Shown one piece after another: positions 20,701-30,333 of a stretch of DNA of 64,000 bases (the first letter of the stretch is position 1; every line of letters starts with the position of its first letter). The position numbers and the translations under genes are program-made. Under the pieces are notes generated by a model. The model was not told the DNA's origin, ran no database searches, and saw only the letters and a list, made by a program, of their open reading frames with translations. The DNA is taken from the NCBI GenBank assembly GCA_963677925.2, contig CAXXYH010000003.1:960001-1024000 (forward strand), in the 5' to 3' direction. This DNA is from Spirochaetia bacterium (GTDB lineage: Bacteria; Spirochaetota; Spirochaetia; UBA9216).

Positions 20701-22529
20701 AGATTTTCCTTTTCACGTTCAACAGACTGCTGCACCAATAGTTCTGCAGTTATATCCCTTGCCATTGCAACAATATACTTCTCATTTTCAATTTCAGTTT
20801 CGCTCGCAGCAATCTCAATGGAAAAATGAATATCACCCTTTTTAAGCGCAGAAATCTGATGCCGCCTGCCGAGAAATATCGGCTCACTCCCGTTTCTGAA
20901 ATTCTCAAGAGCCGTATGAACTCTTGATCGATGGGGTTCAGAAAGGAGCATTTCAAAATTGGTCCCTAATATCTCCTCAGATTTATAATCAAAGAGCTCT
21001 TCGGCTGAAGGACTGAAGAATGTTATTACACCGAAATGGTCCATAACTATTATACCGTTCATCGCGGTATCAAGAATTGACTTAAGCCTTGCAGTTCGTT
21101 CTGCAACTCGTTCTTCAAGCACAACTCTAGACTGCTCAAGTTCTCTTGTAGCCTTTTCCAGCTCAGTAATATCTGTAAAGGTTTCAAGTATGTATTGCTT
21201 TCCATGCCGTTCAATACGGCTGACAGATTTAATTACAGGTATTTGGGTTCCATCTTTTGAAAAAATTGTGTGCCTTATATTCTGAAAAGTACTGCTGCCG
21301 AAATCCCGGTAGCATATTCCGTTTTCGGGACAGGTAATACCCTTGCATCGATGACCGATAACATCTATCCGCTCACGCCCGAGAAGCTTAAGAGCATGCA
21401 TATTGATTTCTTCAATCTTACTGGTTTCCGGATCAATAAGGTATACACCGGTCGGTATTGAATTAAGAAGTCTGGTAAGAAACTCTTCATTAGTTACAAG
21501 CGTCATACGCGATTCTTCGATGGTATCCAGCATGGAATTTATTCCAATGCTCAAGCTGGCAATTTCATCATTACCGGAGGCAGAGATTCGTTTAGTAAAA
21601 TCCCTCTCCTCAGACAATTTGGTGAGTTCAGTTGAGATTCCAACGATCCGTCTGATGATATTTTTTTCAATAAAACGAAAGGCTACCGTGGAAACAAGGA
21701 CAAGAATCAGTATGATAATTGTTGCATATATGACTACTCCAAACCGGACGCTGTTAAATTTACTGCCGTCATCAATTATTTCAAGACTGAAATTTTTACG
21801 GCCCAGTAAATCCTTATAAATAACAGATGCGTGAGCATCCCTTACAGAATCTACATAAAAATTTATCAGAGTTCCGGGAATATAATCCTGCGTTGAAGTT
21901 ATATCAACGCTGTTAAGCATCAGCTTGAACCCCAGTATCTTTTCGTAACTGCCAAGCACCTCATTGGTAAGTGACGATATGAATAACATCCAGCCGCGCT
22001 GCTCACCTATTCCGCTGTTTTTAAATATCGGCCTTCTTACAATCAGATAAATATCTCCGTCTGTACCTTCAGCAAGACCGCCGCTTGTTCCGGTCTGCGA
22101 ATCAATAACAGGATACTTTGTTCTGAAATAGGATGCCGATGTAAAGTTCAGATCAGATACAGAATTTGATTCTGCATCGATAAAATCAGTGTAAACAGGA
22201 TTAAGCTTATCATCCAGAAACACGATTCCCCTGAGTTCAAGATATGAAAAATATTCGACATCAAGATTCTCTTCCTGATATTCAGTATTAAAATCTCCGG
22301 CGAATTCCCAGGTATCATCCCAATAAGCATAATCACGAAGGGTGTTATCAATCGTAATCATCCTGAATTTAAGAAAGGTATCAAACTGTTCTGCATTTTT
22401 TTGAATTTCAGTTTTCTGTAAATCCTGAATCATTCTTTCAACAGCAATTCTTATTAGAAACATTTGAATCGTAATAATCGAGATAAGAGCAATTGTGAAA
22501 CCGATTCTGATGAATTTTTTTATACGCAA
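17763..22529 (-). CDS. Hybrid sensor histidine kinase (CHASE4-HAMP-multiple PAS-HisKA-HATPase-REC-REC-HPt)
   Basis: DYAYWDDT (CHASE4), [33 protein letters not shown], two receiver domains (LMDWNLP, LMDCQLP), [12 protein letters not shown]; TTG start abutting upstream stop. Confidence 0.93.
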   Translation of the reverse strand: MRIKKFIRIGFTIALISIITIQMFLIRIAVERMIQDLQKTEIQKNAEQFDTFLKFRMITIDNTLRDYAYWDDTWEFAGDFNTEYQEENLDVEYFSYLELRGIVFLDDKLNPVYTDFIDAESNSVSDLNFTSASYFRTKYPVIDSQTGTSGGLAEGTDGDIYLIVRRPIFKNSGIGEQRGWMLFISSLTNEVLGSYEKILGFKLMLNSVDITSTQDYIPGTLINFYVDSVRDAHASVIYKDLLGRKNFSLEIIDDGSKFNSVRFGVVIYATIIILILVLVSTVAFRFIEKNIIRRIVGISTELTKLSEERDFTKRISASGNDEIASLSIGINSMLDTIEESRMTLVTNEEFLTRLLNSIPTGVYLIDPETSKIEEINMHALKLLGRERIDVIGHRCKGITCPENGICYRDFGSSTFQNIRHTIFSKDGTQIPVIKSVSRIERHGKQYILETFTDITELEKATRELEQSRVVLEERVAERTARLKSILDTAMNGIIVMDHFGVITFFSPSAEELFDYKSEEILGTNFEMLLSEPHRSRVHTALENFRNGSEPIFLGRRHQISALKKGDIHFSIEIAASETEIENEKYIVAMARDITAELLVQQSVEREKENLATILESSPVGVGIVVDEKTVYANSTMRLMGMEVGELAADVYTDKADHDEVFRIFRSNGYCPNFETRLNGFDGIRDVLLSVYPFDYDGKPGILGWNVDITERKQMEDELRQSRMKYERLIDELGAKFLIFSHDINGVLKFASEGVSTVFGVSKEEVIGELWQEKFDWMPGSVERAAEYVKTFYDGTSLFNQFEMEFRHPDGDIRTLMIAHHPVFDDDGNIITIDGLLEDITMRKKAELELAEAKEAAEEATRVKSDFLANMSHEIRTPMNAIIGLSHLAMQSGLNPKQQGYISKVYRAAENLLGILNDILDFSKIEAGKIDLENIDFFLEDVFENLANIISYRIEDSGLELMFDISPSTPTALNGDPLRLEQILINLANNAVKFTEKGEIVIGVRADDCTGKSCEYHFWVRDTGIGLTVEQQNKLFKQFSQADTSTTRKYGGTGLGLAICRKLTQLMDGEIWVDSEAGKGSTFHFTVNLARQEDEHERFPDHSSIDELKILIVDDNSTSLLILSEILVSFKFDIDTASSSEEAVLKLSGTDKKFDLVLMDWNLPGRDGIDTVKMINKSEEISHKPLVIMMTAYGRDDAISASRGVENIAEYLSKPIMPSSLLDAVLAATGSKVRSARRIDMHTELLDTVKSGLKGARILLVEDNAINQEVAIELLSSAGIDVTLAENGLEAVELVFKEGFDGVLMDCQLPVMDGYEATSKIRENSAYSDLPIIAMTANVLSGDREKSLKAGMNDHVGKPVNPAELFSVLGQWIQKTKIELDDEDILEGDGILTEMIDIPGLDTEAGLFVVQGNRALYMRLLGKYVEMYDDFSEQFKKALAEGPEASTSLAHSLKGSSGNIGATAVRKAASQLEAACRDKAENNELNYLIERVNLNLSDLIADIKENVIKLQPEGHDSENDKAPSLTNEMVDKMEHLLSENDTEAVIYLETFIEAAGNKQFTPAFRKFVKCVENYDFEKALDNLRKLKIK

Positions 22530-23579
22530 TTATTTCTCCGGAAAACTGCCATGATGATCTGAATTACTATCCTTAATTTTGATAATTTCATCCAGGTTAT
22601 CCAGAAAAGTTTCTATAAGTACAGGATCAAAATGCCTTCCGCTTTCATCCCGCAGCAGATCTACAGCCCGCTCAACTGTCCAGGCTTCCTTGTACGGCCG
22701 TACACTTGTCAGGGCGTCAAAAACATCGGCTACGGCAGCTATTCTGCCTATTATAGGTATTTTCTCACCGGCCAGCCGGTTGGGATAGCCGGTTCCATCC
22801 CATTTTTCATGATGAGTCAGGGCTACTTCCCTTGCAGCCTGAAGCATTGAATCATCATGTTCTCCTATGATATCGGCTCCGAACTGGGCATGCTTCTGCA
22901 TTATAATTATCTCATCATCCGTCAGCCTGCCGGGTTTCTGCAGGATCTTATCCGGAATACCGATTTTACCTACATCGTGCATTGGAGTAGCATTAAGAAT
23001 GATATCAGTTTCAATACGGGGAAGACCTATTCCTTTGGCTAGAACATGACAGTAGTAGCTCATACGTTCAACATGAAGCCCGGTTTCATTATCCTTGTAT
23101 TCAGAGGCAAGCCCCAGCCTTCGGATTATTTCAAAACGGCTGCGGGCAAGTGCCGTAGTACGTTCAGCAACCTTTCGTTCAAGCTCCCTGTTCTGATCAT
23201 AAAGAGCAAGGTGATTTTTAACCCGTGCCAGTACGATGGGAGGACTGACAGGCTTTGTAATGTAGTCTGAAGCACCGTAATCAAAGCCTGTCTTTTCATC
23301 TTCGACCTCGCCGAGAGCGGTGATGAAAATTATTGGAATGTGCCTTGTCCTTATATCTTTTTTTAGAGTTTTACATACTTCGTATCCATCAAGTTCGGGC
23401 ATCATTATATCCAGCAGAATCAGATCCGGTGGCGTATCAAAGGCTATTTTTATAGCTTTATTACCGCTGTTTGCAGCCTTTACCTTGTAGTTCCCGGCAA
23501 GGATACTTGAAAGCAATGAGATATTATCCGGCATGTCATCTACAACAAGGATTGTCTGTTTCTGCTGTTTAGAATTCAT
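22530..23579 (-). CDS. Response regulator with HD-GYP c-di-GMP phosphodiesterase domain (RpfG-like)
   Basis: ILVVDD..LLDIMMP receiver; HDVGKIG, HHEKWDGTGYP, ADVFDAL; start moved to ATG 23579 (MNSKQ) from promoter geometry. Confidence 0.93.
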   Translation of the reverse strand: MNSKQQKQTILVVDDMPDNISLLSSILAGNYKVKAANSGNKAIKIAFDTPPDLILLDIMMPELDGYEVCKTLKKDIRTRHIPIIFITALGEVEDEKTGFDYGASDYITKPVSPPIVLARVKNHLALYDQNRELERKVAERTTALARSRFEIIRRLGLASEYKDNETGLHVERMSYYCHVLAKGIGLPRIETDIILNATPMHDVGKIGIPDKILQKPGRLTDDEIIIMQKHAQFGADIIGEHDDSMLQAAREVALTHHEKWDGTGYPNRLAGEKIPIIGRIAAVADVFDALTSVRPYKEAWTVERAVDLLRDESGRHFDPVLIETFLDNLDEIIKIKDSNSDHHGSFPEK

Positions 23580-23585
23580 ACAACA

Positions 23586-23614
23586 AATATATTTTATTAG
23601 GGGGGAATTTGCAA
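23586..23614 (-). promoter_or_regulatory. sigma70-type promoter, probable leaderless transcript
   Basis: TTGCAA-N17-TATATT-N6-ATG(23579). Confidence 0.6.
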
Positions 23615-23656
23615 GAAAATCAGCCCATAACCTGGATATATAGCTACAGCTATATA

Positions 23657-23685
23657 AAACAAAAAGGAATCCCATAAGGGATTCC
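23657..23685 (-). terminator. Intrinsic terminator of the AAA ATPase gene
   Basis: GGAATCCC-N4-GGGATTCC stem followed by TTTTTGTTTT on minus strand. Confidence 0.7.
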
Positions 23686-23729
23686 CTGTCATCTATTATT
23701 CAGGCAGATTATAAATATCGTTTTCTGGC

Positions 23730-25310
23730 TTACATACCCCAGATTTCAATTTCACCGCCGTCGAATCTGCTGACCTGATGAAAGGCTTTTCTTTCATATG
23801 ATTTCATTCCCATAGGGTAAAAAAGAACCAGATGACCATTGCTGAGACCGTGCTCCTTCATCTCTTCCTGGAGAAAGGGTACAGCTGCATTCATTGTAGA
23901 TTTTACTGATGAACTGATATCACGTGACGAAACAATGAAGGTCTGATCTTCCATTCCATGCGGCCAGTTGAGCACAAGGCTTATCTGATTTCTTGAGATA
24001 CCGTAATACCGTGTAATGCTTCCGCCTCCGTCAATAATTCTCTGCAGATAAGCCTGCAGAAACAGATGTGAGCCGGCTTCACGGTAGAGAAACTGCTCAT
24101 TCCAGCTGGGCGCATGCTTACGGAAGAAGGGCTGGAAGGTTCTCATAATTTCATGGATGTTAAGGTTCGCATTTTCATCAAGGTAATTAGCCAGATCGTA
24201 TCTGATGATACGCTTTGTCGGGTTAACAAGGGCCCGGGGAATAATTTCATGATAAATAGGATTTGCAATATCAATCATGCCTGAATTATTAAGCTGAATT
24301 ATTCCGAGTTCAGTCAGATACCTTAAGTCATCATCACTCAGTTCCTCCGGAAAGTCCGAACCAATCAGAATCGGGGTAATTACCTTTCTTACACGGTCTT
24401 CTTTCAGCCTGTCCATCAGTGATTTTATATGGATTTCCTGTCTCTGAATGATGTTTTCCATGGCTTCATCAACTTCAATCTTTGTGATCTTTTTGATATT
24501 GGCTTTTCGTGGAACCATCTCTTCAACAATTTCGTATGCTATCGCATTTACAAGCCAGGGCTGCCCTCTTGTTATTTCATAAAGACGTTTCGCAGCATCT
24601 TCACTGAAGTCAATTTCACGATCCTTTTTAAGATCCTGCAGAACATTTTCAATTTCCGGCTGGGTTAGCGTTGAAAGTTCAATAGATTTCGCTTCAATAT
24701 TGAAAAGATCTCCGCCGGTTATATCCTTGTCATCATCCTTCTGAACAATCTTATACCTGATATCCTCAACACCGCATAGAATAATACTCTGCGGAAAGAG
24801 TTTCGGGCGCTTGTCAAAACCGGCTCTTAACTGCTTGAGAAAAGAAGCAAGGACATCTCCCTCAAGTTTATCCACCTCGTCAATCAAAAGAACAATGGGT
24901 TTTTCAGAGTTCTTGGACCAGAGGGTAAGTAGCTCATTAAGCGCGAATCCCGGCCCCTTTTGCTGCAGAAGCTCAAGCCCCTTCTCTTCCGGATATGAGT
25001 CGTCAAGATAGTCTCTGGCTCTGGATGCCAGTTCGAATATTATACTTTTAAAACACTCACCCGGATTATCCAGGTAGAGGACCGAAGGCTCAACATTGAG
25101 ATACAGGGCTTTAACATCACCCTTTTTATTAAGTTCATTTGCAATTGCAAGCAGCAGACTTGTTTTACCAGTCTGCCTGGGTGCATGAAGCACAAAATAT
25201 TTCTTCTGTTCAATTAAACGTAAAATATCTTTAACCTGGGGTCTTTCAAGCAGGTTTACAGCATAATGATCTTCAAAGTTGACAGGTCCTGCAGTATTAA
25301 AAAACAACAT
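23730..25310 (-). CDS. AAA-family P-loop ATPase (FFNTAGPV-type) with degenerate C-terminal nuclease-like domain
   Basis: Walker A APRQTGKTS, Walker B LLIDEVD, TRGQPWLVNA, IANPIYHEIIP. Confidence 0.8.
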   Translation of the reverse strand: MLFFNTAGPVNFEDHYAVNLLERPQVKDILRLIEQKKYFVLHAPRQTGKTSLLLAIANELNKKGDVKALYLNVEPSVLYLDNPGECFKSIIFELASRARDYLDDSYPEEKGLELLQQKGPGFALNELLTLWSKNSEKPIVLLIDEVDKLEGDVLASFLKQLRAGFDKRPKLFPQSIILCGVEDIRYKIVQKDDDKDITGGDLFNIEAKSIELSTLTQPEIENVLQDLKKDREIDFSEDAAKRLYEITRGQPWLVNAIAYEIVEEMVPRKANIKKITKIEVDEAMENIIQRQEIHIKSLMDRLKEDRVRKVITPILIGSDFPEELSDDDLRYLTELGIIQLNNSGMIDIANPIYHEIIPRALVNPTKRIIRYDLANYLDENANLNIHEIMRTFQPFFRKHAPSWNEQFLYREAGSHLFLQAYLQRIIDGGGSITRYYGISRNQISLVLNWPHGMEDQTFIVSSRDISSSVKSTMNAAVPFLQEEMKEHGLSNGHLVLFYPMGMKSYERKAFHQVSRFDGGEIEIWGM

Positions 25311-25376
25311 ATATCATTCCTATATTCAAATTAATCCATTCATACTATAACACTTAGTGGTTTTTTCGTCATCCAT

Positions 25377-26231
25377 TTAAAAAATAACTATAACTTTCTG
25401 CTCCCGAAGCTTTTCTATCAGACTTCTGTCAGATACCGGATTTCCAATCAGGTTAACAAATTTAAGTTCAGCAAGATTAAGTAAGGGACTGATATCTTCA
25501 ATATCATTGTCGGAAAGCTCGATAATCTCAAGAAAATCCATCCCTGACAGCGGTGAAAGGTCTGAAATCCGGTTTGAAGCAGCATAAAGTTCTTCAAGCT
25601 GATGAAGTTCTGCCAGATCATGGATATTGGATATATCATTTCCCGAAATATTCAGTATCCTGACATTACGGCAGTATTCAAGCCCCTCCGTATCCTCAAA
25701 ACCGTAGCCCGAGACATCCAGAACACCGTCAATCTGGCCCAGATCCGAAGCATCAACCGGGTACGGATGATTGCCAAAAATTTCAGATTTGACAGCGGCA
25801 ATAAAATCATTATCCGCGAAATCAGAATCGTAATACTCATCCTCGTCGGCACTGAAACCCATTGATGCATCAGCATCATTGTAAAATACTTCTGAATAGT
25901 CAAAGTCAAAGCGTTTCTGCCGTTCTTCGGCCACCCTTAGCTTCAGCTCAAGAAGTTTTCTGATAGCTGACAGCCGGCCGGTGTCTGAGGTACGGCATGC
26001 AGTCTCAAAATCATCCGACAGAGCAGAGAAGCGATCAGGATGAACCGCTTTTATAAGAGTGTAAAAAAGGTTTTTACGACTCTTACCCTCGGTATTGATC
26101 CCGAGAGTCCCTGCAGCAGAGCTGATGAAAATATCGTCGCCGGCCCTGTATGCATTTATAACGGTAGTGGAAATCTGCTCCAGCTTTTTTCTGCTCAGGT
26201 TCTTTCTGATAAATTCCGCGTTTTCGCGCAT
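25377..26231 (-). CDS. Leucine-rich repeat protein with N-terminal HPD-containing helical domain
   Basis: About five internalin-type LRRs (LxxLxLxxNxIxDLxPL); LIKAVHPDRF; acidic linker; RBS GGAGG. Confidence 0.8.
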   Translation of the reverse strand: MRENAEFIRKNLSRKKLEQISTTVINAYRAGDDIFISSAAGTLGINTEGKSRKNLFYTLIKAVHPDRFSALSDDFETACRTSDTGRLSAIRKLLELKLRVAEERQKRFDFDYSEVFYNDADASMGFSADEDEYYDSDFADNDFIAAVKSEIFGNHPYPVDASDLGQIDGVLDVSGYGFEDTEGLEYCRNVRILNISGNDISNIHDLAELHQLEELYAASNRISDLSPLSGMDFLEIIELSDNDIEDISPLLNLAELKFVNLIGNPVSDRSLIEKLREQKVIVIF

Positions 26232-26246
26232 TATACCTCCGGTATT

Positions 26247-26876
26247 TCAGTTTCTGTTATCTACAGTTATATCACTGTTTTTATTCAAAAACTCTTTAAT
26301 TTCTTCGGCGGAATTAAGATTAGTGAACACTTCCCAATCGTTTGTAAGTTTATTGATCTCATTGTAAGACAGGTATTCTGTATTAACTGTTTTATGAAAA
26401 GCAGCAAGTGCCCGACCGCCGTTTTCTATAAATTCTAAAAGATTCTCTGTGATTGTATTGCTGTAAATGGAATTAAAAGGCTCAGGTCTATTCATTGAAT
26501 CGGAACTGGACAAAATATCTATTTCTGAGATGGAAAATTTATTAACAATAAATCTGATAAACTGAGGAGAAACATAGGGCATATCACAGGCTGTTAAAAA
26601 GACAGGTTTACCAAGATAGTTCAATGCAGAATACAGCCCGCCTGCCGGTCCGTTGTTTCTCAGGGTGTCGCTGATAACCTGAAAATCCCAGTCAGTGTAC
26701 AGCTCCGGTGTATTTGATATTATCAGAATTTCAGGAAAAATCACTTCAAGAATCTTCCCTATATAAACAGCTGCAGGCATGCCCTTGATCAGCAGCTGCT
26801 GTTTGTCAAAACCTGCCCGGCGGCTTTTACCGCCGGCAAGGATCACTGCGGTTTTACATAAATCTTCGTTATACAT
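26247..26876 (-). CDS. mobA: Molybdenum cofactor guanylyltransferase
   Basis: ILAGGKSRR.G.DK, GPAGGL, TACDMP, FTNLNS. Confidence 0.85.
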   Translation of the reverse strand: MYNEDLCKTAVILAGGKSRRAGFDKQQLLIKGMPAAVYIGKILEVIFPEILIISNTPELYTDWDFQVISDTLRNNGPAGGLYSALNYLGKPVFLTACDMPYVSPQFIRFIVNKFSISEIDILSSSDSMNRPEPFNSIYSNTITENLLEFIENGGRALAAFHKTVNTEYLSYNEINKLTNDWEVFTNLNSAEEIKEFLNKNSDITVDNRN

Positions 26877-26918
26877 ATACTGGAGCCATGATATAATTAT
26901 TCAGGAGGTTCCTGCAAT

Positions 26919-27833
26919 ATGAAAGACTATGGATTTACTGCTCTTGACGGCACTGAAATTTACGCAGCACTATGGGAATGCCCTTCCCCGAAGGCGGTTG
27001 TACAGCTAATTCACGGGATGGCGGAACAGATCAGCCGCTACAATGATTTTGCCTTATACCTTAATTCACTGGGAATTGCTGTTGCCGGTGAAGATCACAG
27101 AGGGCATGGAAAAACAGCCGGATCACTTGAAAACGCCGGGTGGATCGCTGAAACTGAAGGCTGGCAGAAAATGGTCGGCGACAATATTCAGCTGGGCAAT
27201 AAGCTTAGAAAGAATTACCCTGATCTTCCGTTTTATATCATTGGTCACAGCATGGGTTCATTTATTGCACGGAATCTGATTGCAGATAATCCTGAAAGCA
27301 TAGATAGAGTGATACTTTCAGGAACCGGATGGTTTGAGAGTTCCCAGACTGCCCCCTTAAGAATGATCGCAAAAATGCAGAAAGCCTTTCAAGGTTCAAA
27401 AGCCAGAGCAAAGCTCATAGACAAGCTTGCTTTCGGAGGAAACAACAAGCAGTTTAATCCGGGCCGGACCGGATTTGAATGGCTGAGCAGGGACGAAGAA
27501 CAGGTGGACCTGTATGTGGCTGATCCGTATTGCGGGTTTGTCGCGACAGCAGGATTCTATGTTGATTTTGCAGAAGGTCTGGATATCATTTCAAATGAGC
27601 AGACTTTCAGAAAAACACCGGCAGATCTGCCGATACTGCTGTACTCCGGTGAAAATGATCCAGTCGGAGGAAATGGTGCCGGTGTAAAGAAAGTATTTGA
27701 AATGTATAAGAACACCGGTCACAGCAGGGCAGAGATGATGCTTAACCCCGGCGGGCGGCATGAAAGCCTTAATGAAACCAACAGGACCGAGGTATATAAG
27801 ATATTTGCCGACTGGCTCAGCGGAAATTCCTGA
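26919..27833 (+). CDS. Alpha/beta hydrolase, lysophospholipase (PldB-like)
   Basis: HGMAE, DHRGHG, GHSMGS, DPVG, RHESLNE. Confidence 0.9.
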   Translation: MKDYGFTALDGTEIYAALWECPSPKAVVQLIHGMAEQISRYNDFALYLNSLGIAVAGEDHRGHGKTAGSLENAGWIAETEGWQKMVGDNIQLGNKLRKNYPDLPFYIIGHSMGSFIARNLIADNPESIDRVILSGTGWFESSQTAPLRMIAKMQKAFQGSKARAKLIDKLAFGGNNKQFNPGRTGFEWLSRDEEQVDLYVADPYCGFVATAGFYVDFAEGLDIISNEQTFRKTPADLPILLYSGENDPVGGNGAGVKKVFEMYKNTGHSRAEMMLNPGGRHESLNETNRTEVYKIFADWLSGNS

Positions 27834-28869
27834 GCAGATTTTCTTTAAAGGGCGGACTCACTATTCCGTTCTCTGTAATAAACCCCGTAATAAGGCTGCT
27901 GGGTGTAACATCAAAGGCGGGGTTTCTTACCTGGATCCCCTCCGGTCCTGTGCGCCTGGCACCGAAACTTGTAACCTCATCAGGGTCACGTTCCTCAATA
28001 ACAATGCCTTCGCCGTCAGGAGTGTTCAGGTCAAAGGTTGATGATGGACAGGCCACATAAAACGGAATATTAAAGTGGGAAGCCAGGATAGCGACCCCCA
28101 TAGTCCCTATTTTATTAGCGGTGTCACCATTGGCGGCAACCCTGTCTGTTCCTACAATAACAAGGTGTATAAAACCCTTTGACATCATATAAGCTGCCAT
28201 ATCATCACATATGAGCGTTGCATCGAGGCCTGCCTGCTGAAGCTCCCAGGCGGTTAATCGTGCTCCCTGCAGAAGGGGTCGTGTCTCATCTGCGTATACC
28301 TTGAAGTTAACACCATCCTCATGAGCAAGGTACATCGGAGCGGTAGCAGTTCCCAGTTCGGAGGCACAGAGATGCCCGGCATTGCAGTGAGTCAGAACTC
28401 CCATTCCATCCTTGATAAGCCCTTTTCCATTCCGGCCTATTCCGTAGCAGAGTTCAGTGTCTTCCTTATGGATGGCAACAGCTTCCTGCTCAAGCACCTC
28501 ATATATCCTGACGGGACTCATCCCCTCACATGATTCCGCCTTAGCGACCATCCGCTTAAGTCCCCAGCTCAGATTCACGGCAGTGGGCCGGGATGAATCA
28601 AGGTATGCCGCTTTTTCCTTCAGCTTCTCGATAAAAACTTCAGTGGAGTTGTTTAGAATCTCGCGTGCACCGTAGAGCAGACCGTAAGCGCCTGCCACAC
28701 CAATAGCGGGAGCTCCTCTTACCTTCAGTTTTTTAATGGAATCCCATACCTGCTCAATACTCTGCTGAGGTTCATTTACAAGCTCAAGAGGAAGTTTAGT
28801 CTGATCAATAATTGTAAGTATTCCATCCTTCCATGAAAGTGTTTTTGCGAGGTCTGAATATCCGGCCAT
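27817..28869 (-). CDS. mtnA: S-methyl-5-thioribose-1-phosphate isomerase
   Basis: DQTKLP, VRGAPAIG, SRPTAVNL, LTHCNAG, DETRPLLQGARLT, NPAFDVTP. Confidence 0.96.
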   Translation of the reverse strand: MAGYSDLAKTLSWKDGILTIIDQTKLPLELVNEPQQSIEQVWDSIKKLKVRGAPAIGVAGAYGLLYGAREILNNSTEVFIEKLKEKAAYLDSSRPTAVNLSWGLKRMVAKAESCEGMSPVRIYEVLEQEAVAIHKEDTELCYGIGRNGKGLIKDGMGVLTHCNAGHLCASELGTATAPMYLAHEDGVNFKVYADETRPLLQGARLTAWELQQAGLDATLICDDMAAYMMSKGFIHLVIVGTDRVAANGDTANKIGTMGVAILASHFNIPFYVACPSSTFDLNTPDGEGIVIEERDPDEVTSFGARRTGPEGIQVRNPAFDVTPSSLITGFITENGIVSPPFKENLLRNFR

Positions 28870-28907
28870 CAGTTTCTCCAGGTTTTTATTTTAATTCATA
28901 CTATCAT

Positions 28908-28935
28908 AAAAAAATCCCCTTTTCAGGGGATTTTT
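28908..28935 (-). terminator. Intrinsic terminator
   Basis: AAAAATCCCCT-tttc-AGGGGATTTTT stem with T tail, downstream of the CDS ending at 28973. Confidence 0.75.
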
Positions 28936-28972
28936 CATATAACAGATTTATCGATGAAATACGTCTGACTGC

Positions 28973-29476
28973 CTATAGAGCAAATCTGACGCCGATACCG
29001 CTGCAGTATGCGCTGCCTACACTGGTATTCTCAAGAAAAATCCACATATTTTCATTCATCAACCATGCAAGCTGTTCAATATGTGCAAATCCTAGAGGAA
29101 AGCCTGAAGTGGTATAGTATCCGAGACCGAGACCGATGTTGAAATCAAAATCAAGCCCCTCACCCAGACTGAATCCCTTGTGCAGTGTACCAAGACCGCC
29201 TACACCAAAATCAAATCCGCTGAAAAAGCCAAAATCCATTACAGCTCTTGCGGCAACTCCCCATTCGAGAGGAAAATCTTCGATATCGATGATACCTACG
29301 ATATATTCAGCTCCGGCTGCCGCGGCAAGTCCGCCGCCCCAGCCAACAGTTACATTCGCATTTATCTGCCCCGGTGCATTAAAGTCAGTGTCAAAAGTGA
29401 AATCTACATCATCAGCAAATAGCTGACCGGCAACTGCAACTGAAAGAAGCAGCATAATAAGTAACGCTTTTTTCAT
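28973..29476 (-). CDS. Exported hypothetical protein, probable small outer-membrane beta-barrel
   Basis: MKKALLIMLLLSVAVAGQLFA signal; Gly/aromatic alternating strands; ends GIGVRFAL; start moved to ATG 29476 behind GGAG. Confidence 0.65.
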   Translation of the reverse strand: MKKALLIMLLLSVAVAGQLFADDVDFTFDTDFNAPGQINANVTVGWGGGLAAAAGAEYIVGIIDIEDFPLEWGVAARAVMDFGFFSGFDFGVGGLGTLHKGFSLGEGLDFDFNIGLGLGYYTTSGFPLGFAHIEQLAWLMNENMWIFLENTSVGSAYCSGIGVRFAL

Positions 29477-29547
29477 TTGTTTCTCCAAAAAATAAAGTTT
29501 CTTAACTGTCTGAAAATCAGATCACAATATACTAAATCGTTTTGTCT

Positions 29548-29584
29548 AAAAAAAAAAGCCGTATAAAACTGGTATACGGCTTTT
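29548..29584 (-). terminator. Intrinsic terminator of the thioredoxin-like gene
   Basis: AAAAGCCGTATA/TATACGGCTTTT stem plus a 10-nt T run on minus strand. Confidence 0.8.
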
Positions 29585-29610
29585 CATGTTAAAGTTTGTA
29601 TAATTTTTTA

Positions 29611-30240
29611 TCAGCTCTGAAGGCTTCCAATATATTCTTCGATAGCACTCGTAAAACCGTCACGAAATGACGCTTTCTGCTCTTCATCAATCGCAGGCAT
29701 ATCCTCATTCAGATGCCTGATGTATTCAGCAGCTCCTCCTTCACGGTAGCCGGTGACCATAACAGGAGTAAGATCCTGTTCTAATAGCCATATTGTCGGA
29801 TATCCCTGAACTTCAAGCATCTGGGCCAGTATCTGGTTGTGCTGAACCTGTTCCTCAGAAAGCTCGAAAGTATTCGGAAAATCAAGAAAAAGGAGGACGA
29901 GATTCTCATCAGCATAAGCTTTGAACTCATCTGTTGTAAAAACTTCGGCACTGAGCTTCTTGCACCAGACACACCAGTCGGAACCGGTAAAATCGACAAG
30001 AATTGATTTATCTTCGGCCATTGCGGTTTTATATGCTTCACGTATATCTGTTACCCATCCCTCAGGCGGATAAACAGCCTGTGGTGCATCAGTCTCAGAG
30101 ACTTTCTGTTCCGAATTTTCTGTGACAGCAGGGGTTTCAGTTGATGGCTCTGCAGTTTCACTCTTACCCGCACTGCATGCTGTGGAAGTTAAAATTAATG
30201 ATGTAACAATAAAAAATATCCCGATAAAGTGCTTTTTCAT
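29611..30240 (-). CDS. Exported (probably lipoprotein) thioredoxin-family thiol-disulfide oxidoreductase
   Basis: FTGSDWCVWCKKL, LFLDFP, VQGYPT; signal peptide ending STAC. Confidence 0.88.
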   Translation of the reverse strand: MKKHFIGIFFIVTSLILTSTACSAGKSETAEPSTETPAVTENSEQKVSETDAPQAVYPPEGWVTDIREAYKTAMAEDKSILVDFTGSDWCVWCKKLSAEVFTTDEFKAYADENLVLLFLDFPNTFELSEEQVQHNQILAQMLEVQGYPTIWLLEQDLTPVMVTGYREGGAAEYIRHLNEDMPAIDEEQKASFRDGFTSAIEEYIGSLQS

Positions 30241-30246
30241 ATTATG

Positions 30247-30275
30247 AATATACTACTTCATCGGGATGACGACAA
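30247..30275 (-). promoter_or_regulatory. sigma70-type promoter, probable leaderless transcript
   Basis: TTGTCG-N17-TATATT-N6-ATG(30240). Confidence 0.55.
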
Positions 30276-30333
30276 TATATAATTTTTTTTATATTGAAGA
30301 TTATAAAGTTATTAACTTGTCATTTTGTCTGTA

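Noticed and set aside
23730-26231. ATPase plus LRR as an NLR-like anti-phage system
   Set aside because: The nuclease-like residues appear lost, the LRR gene follows mobA closely, and no other defence or mobility genes are adjacent; co-occurrence data would be needed
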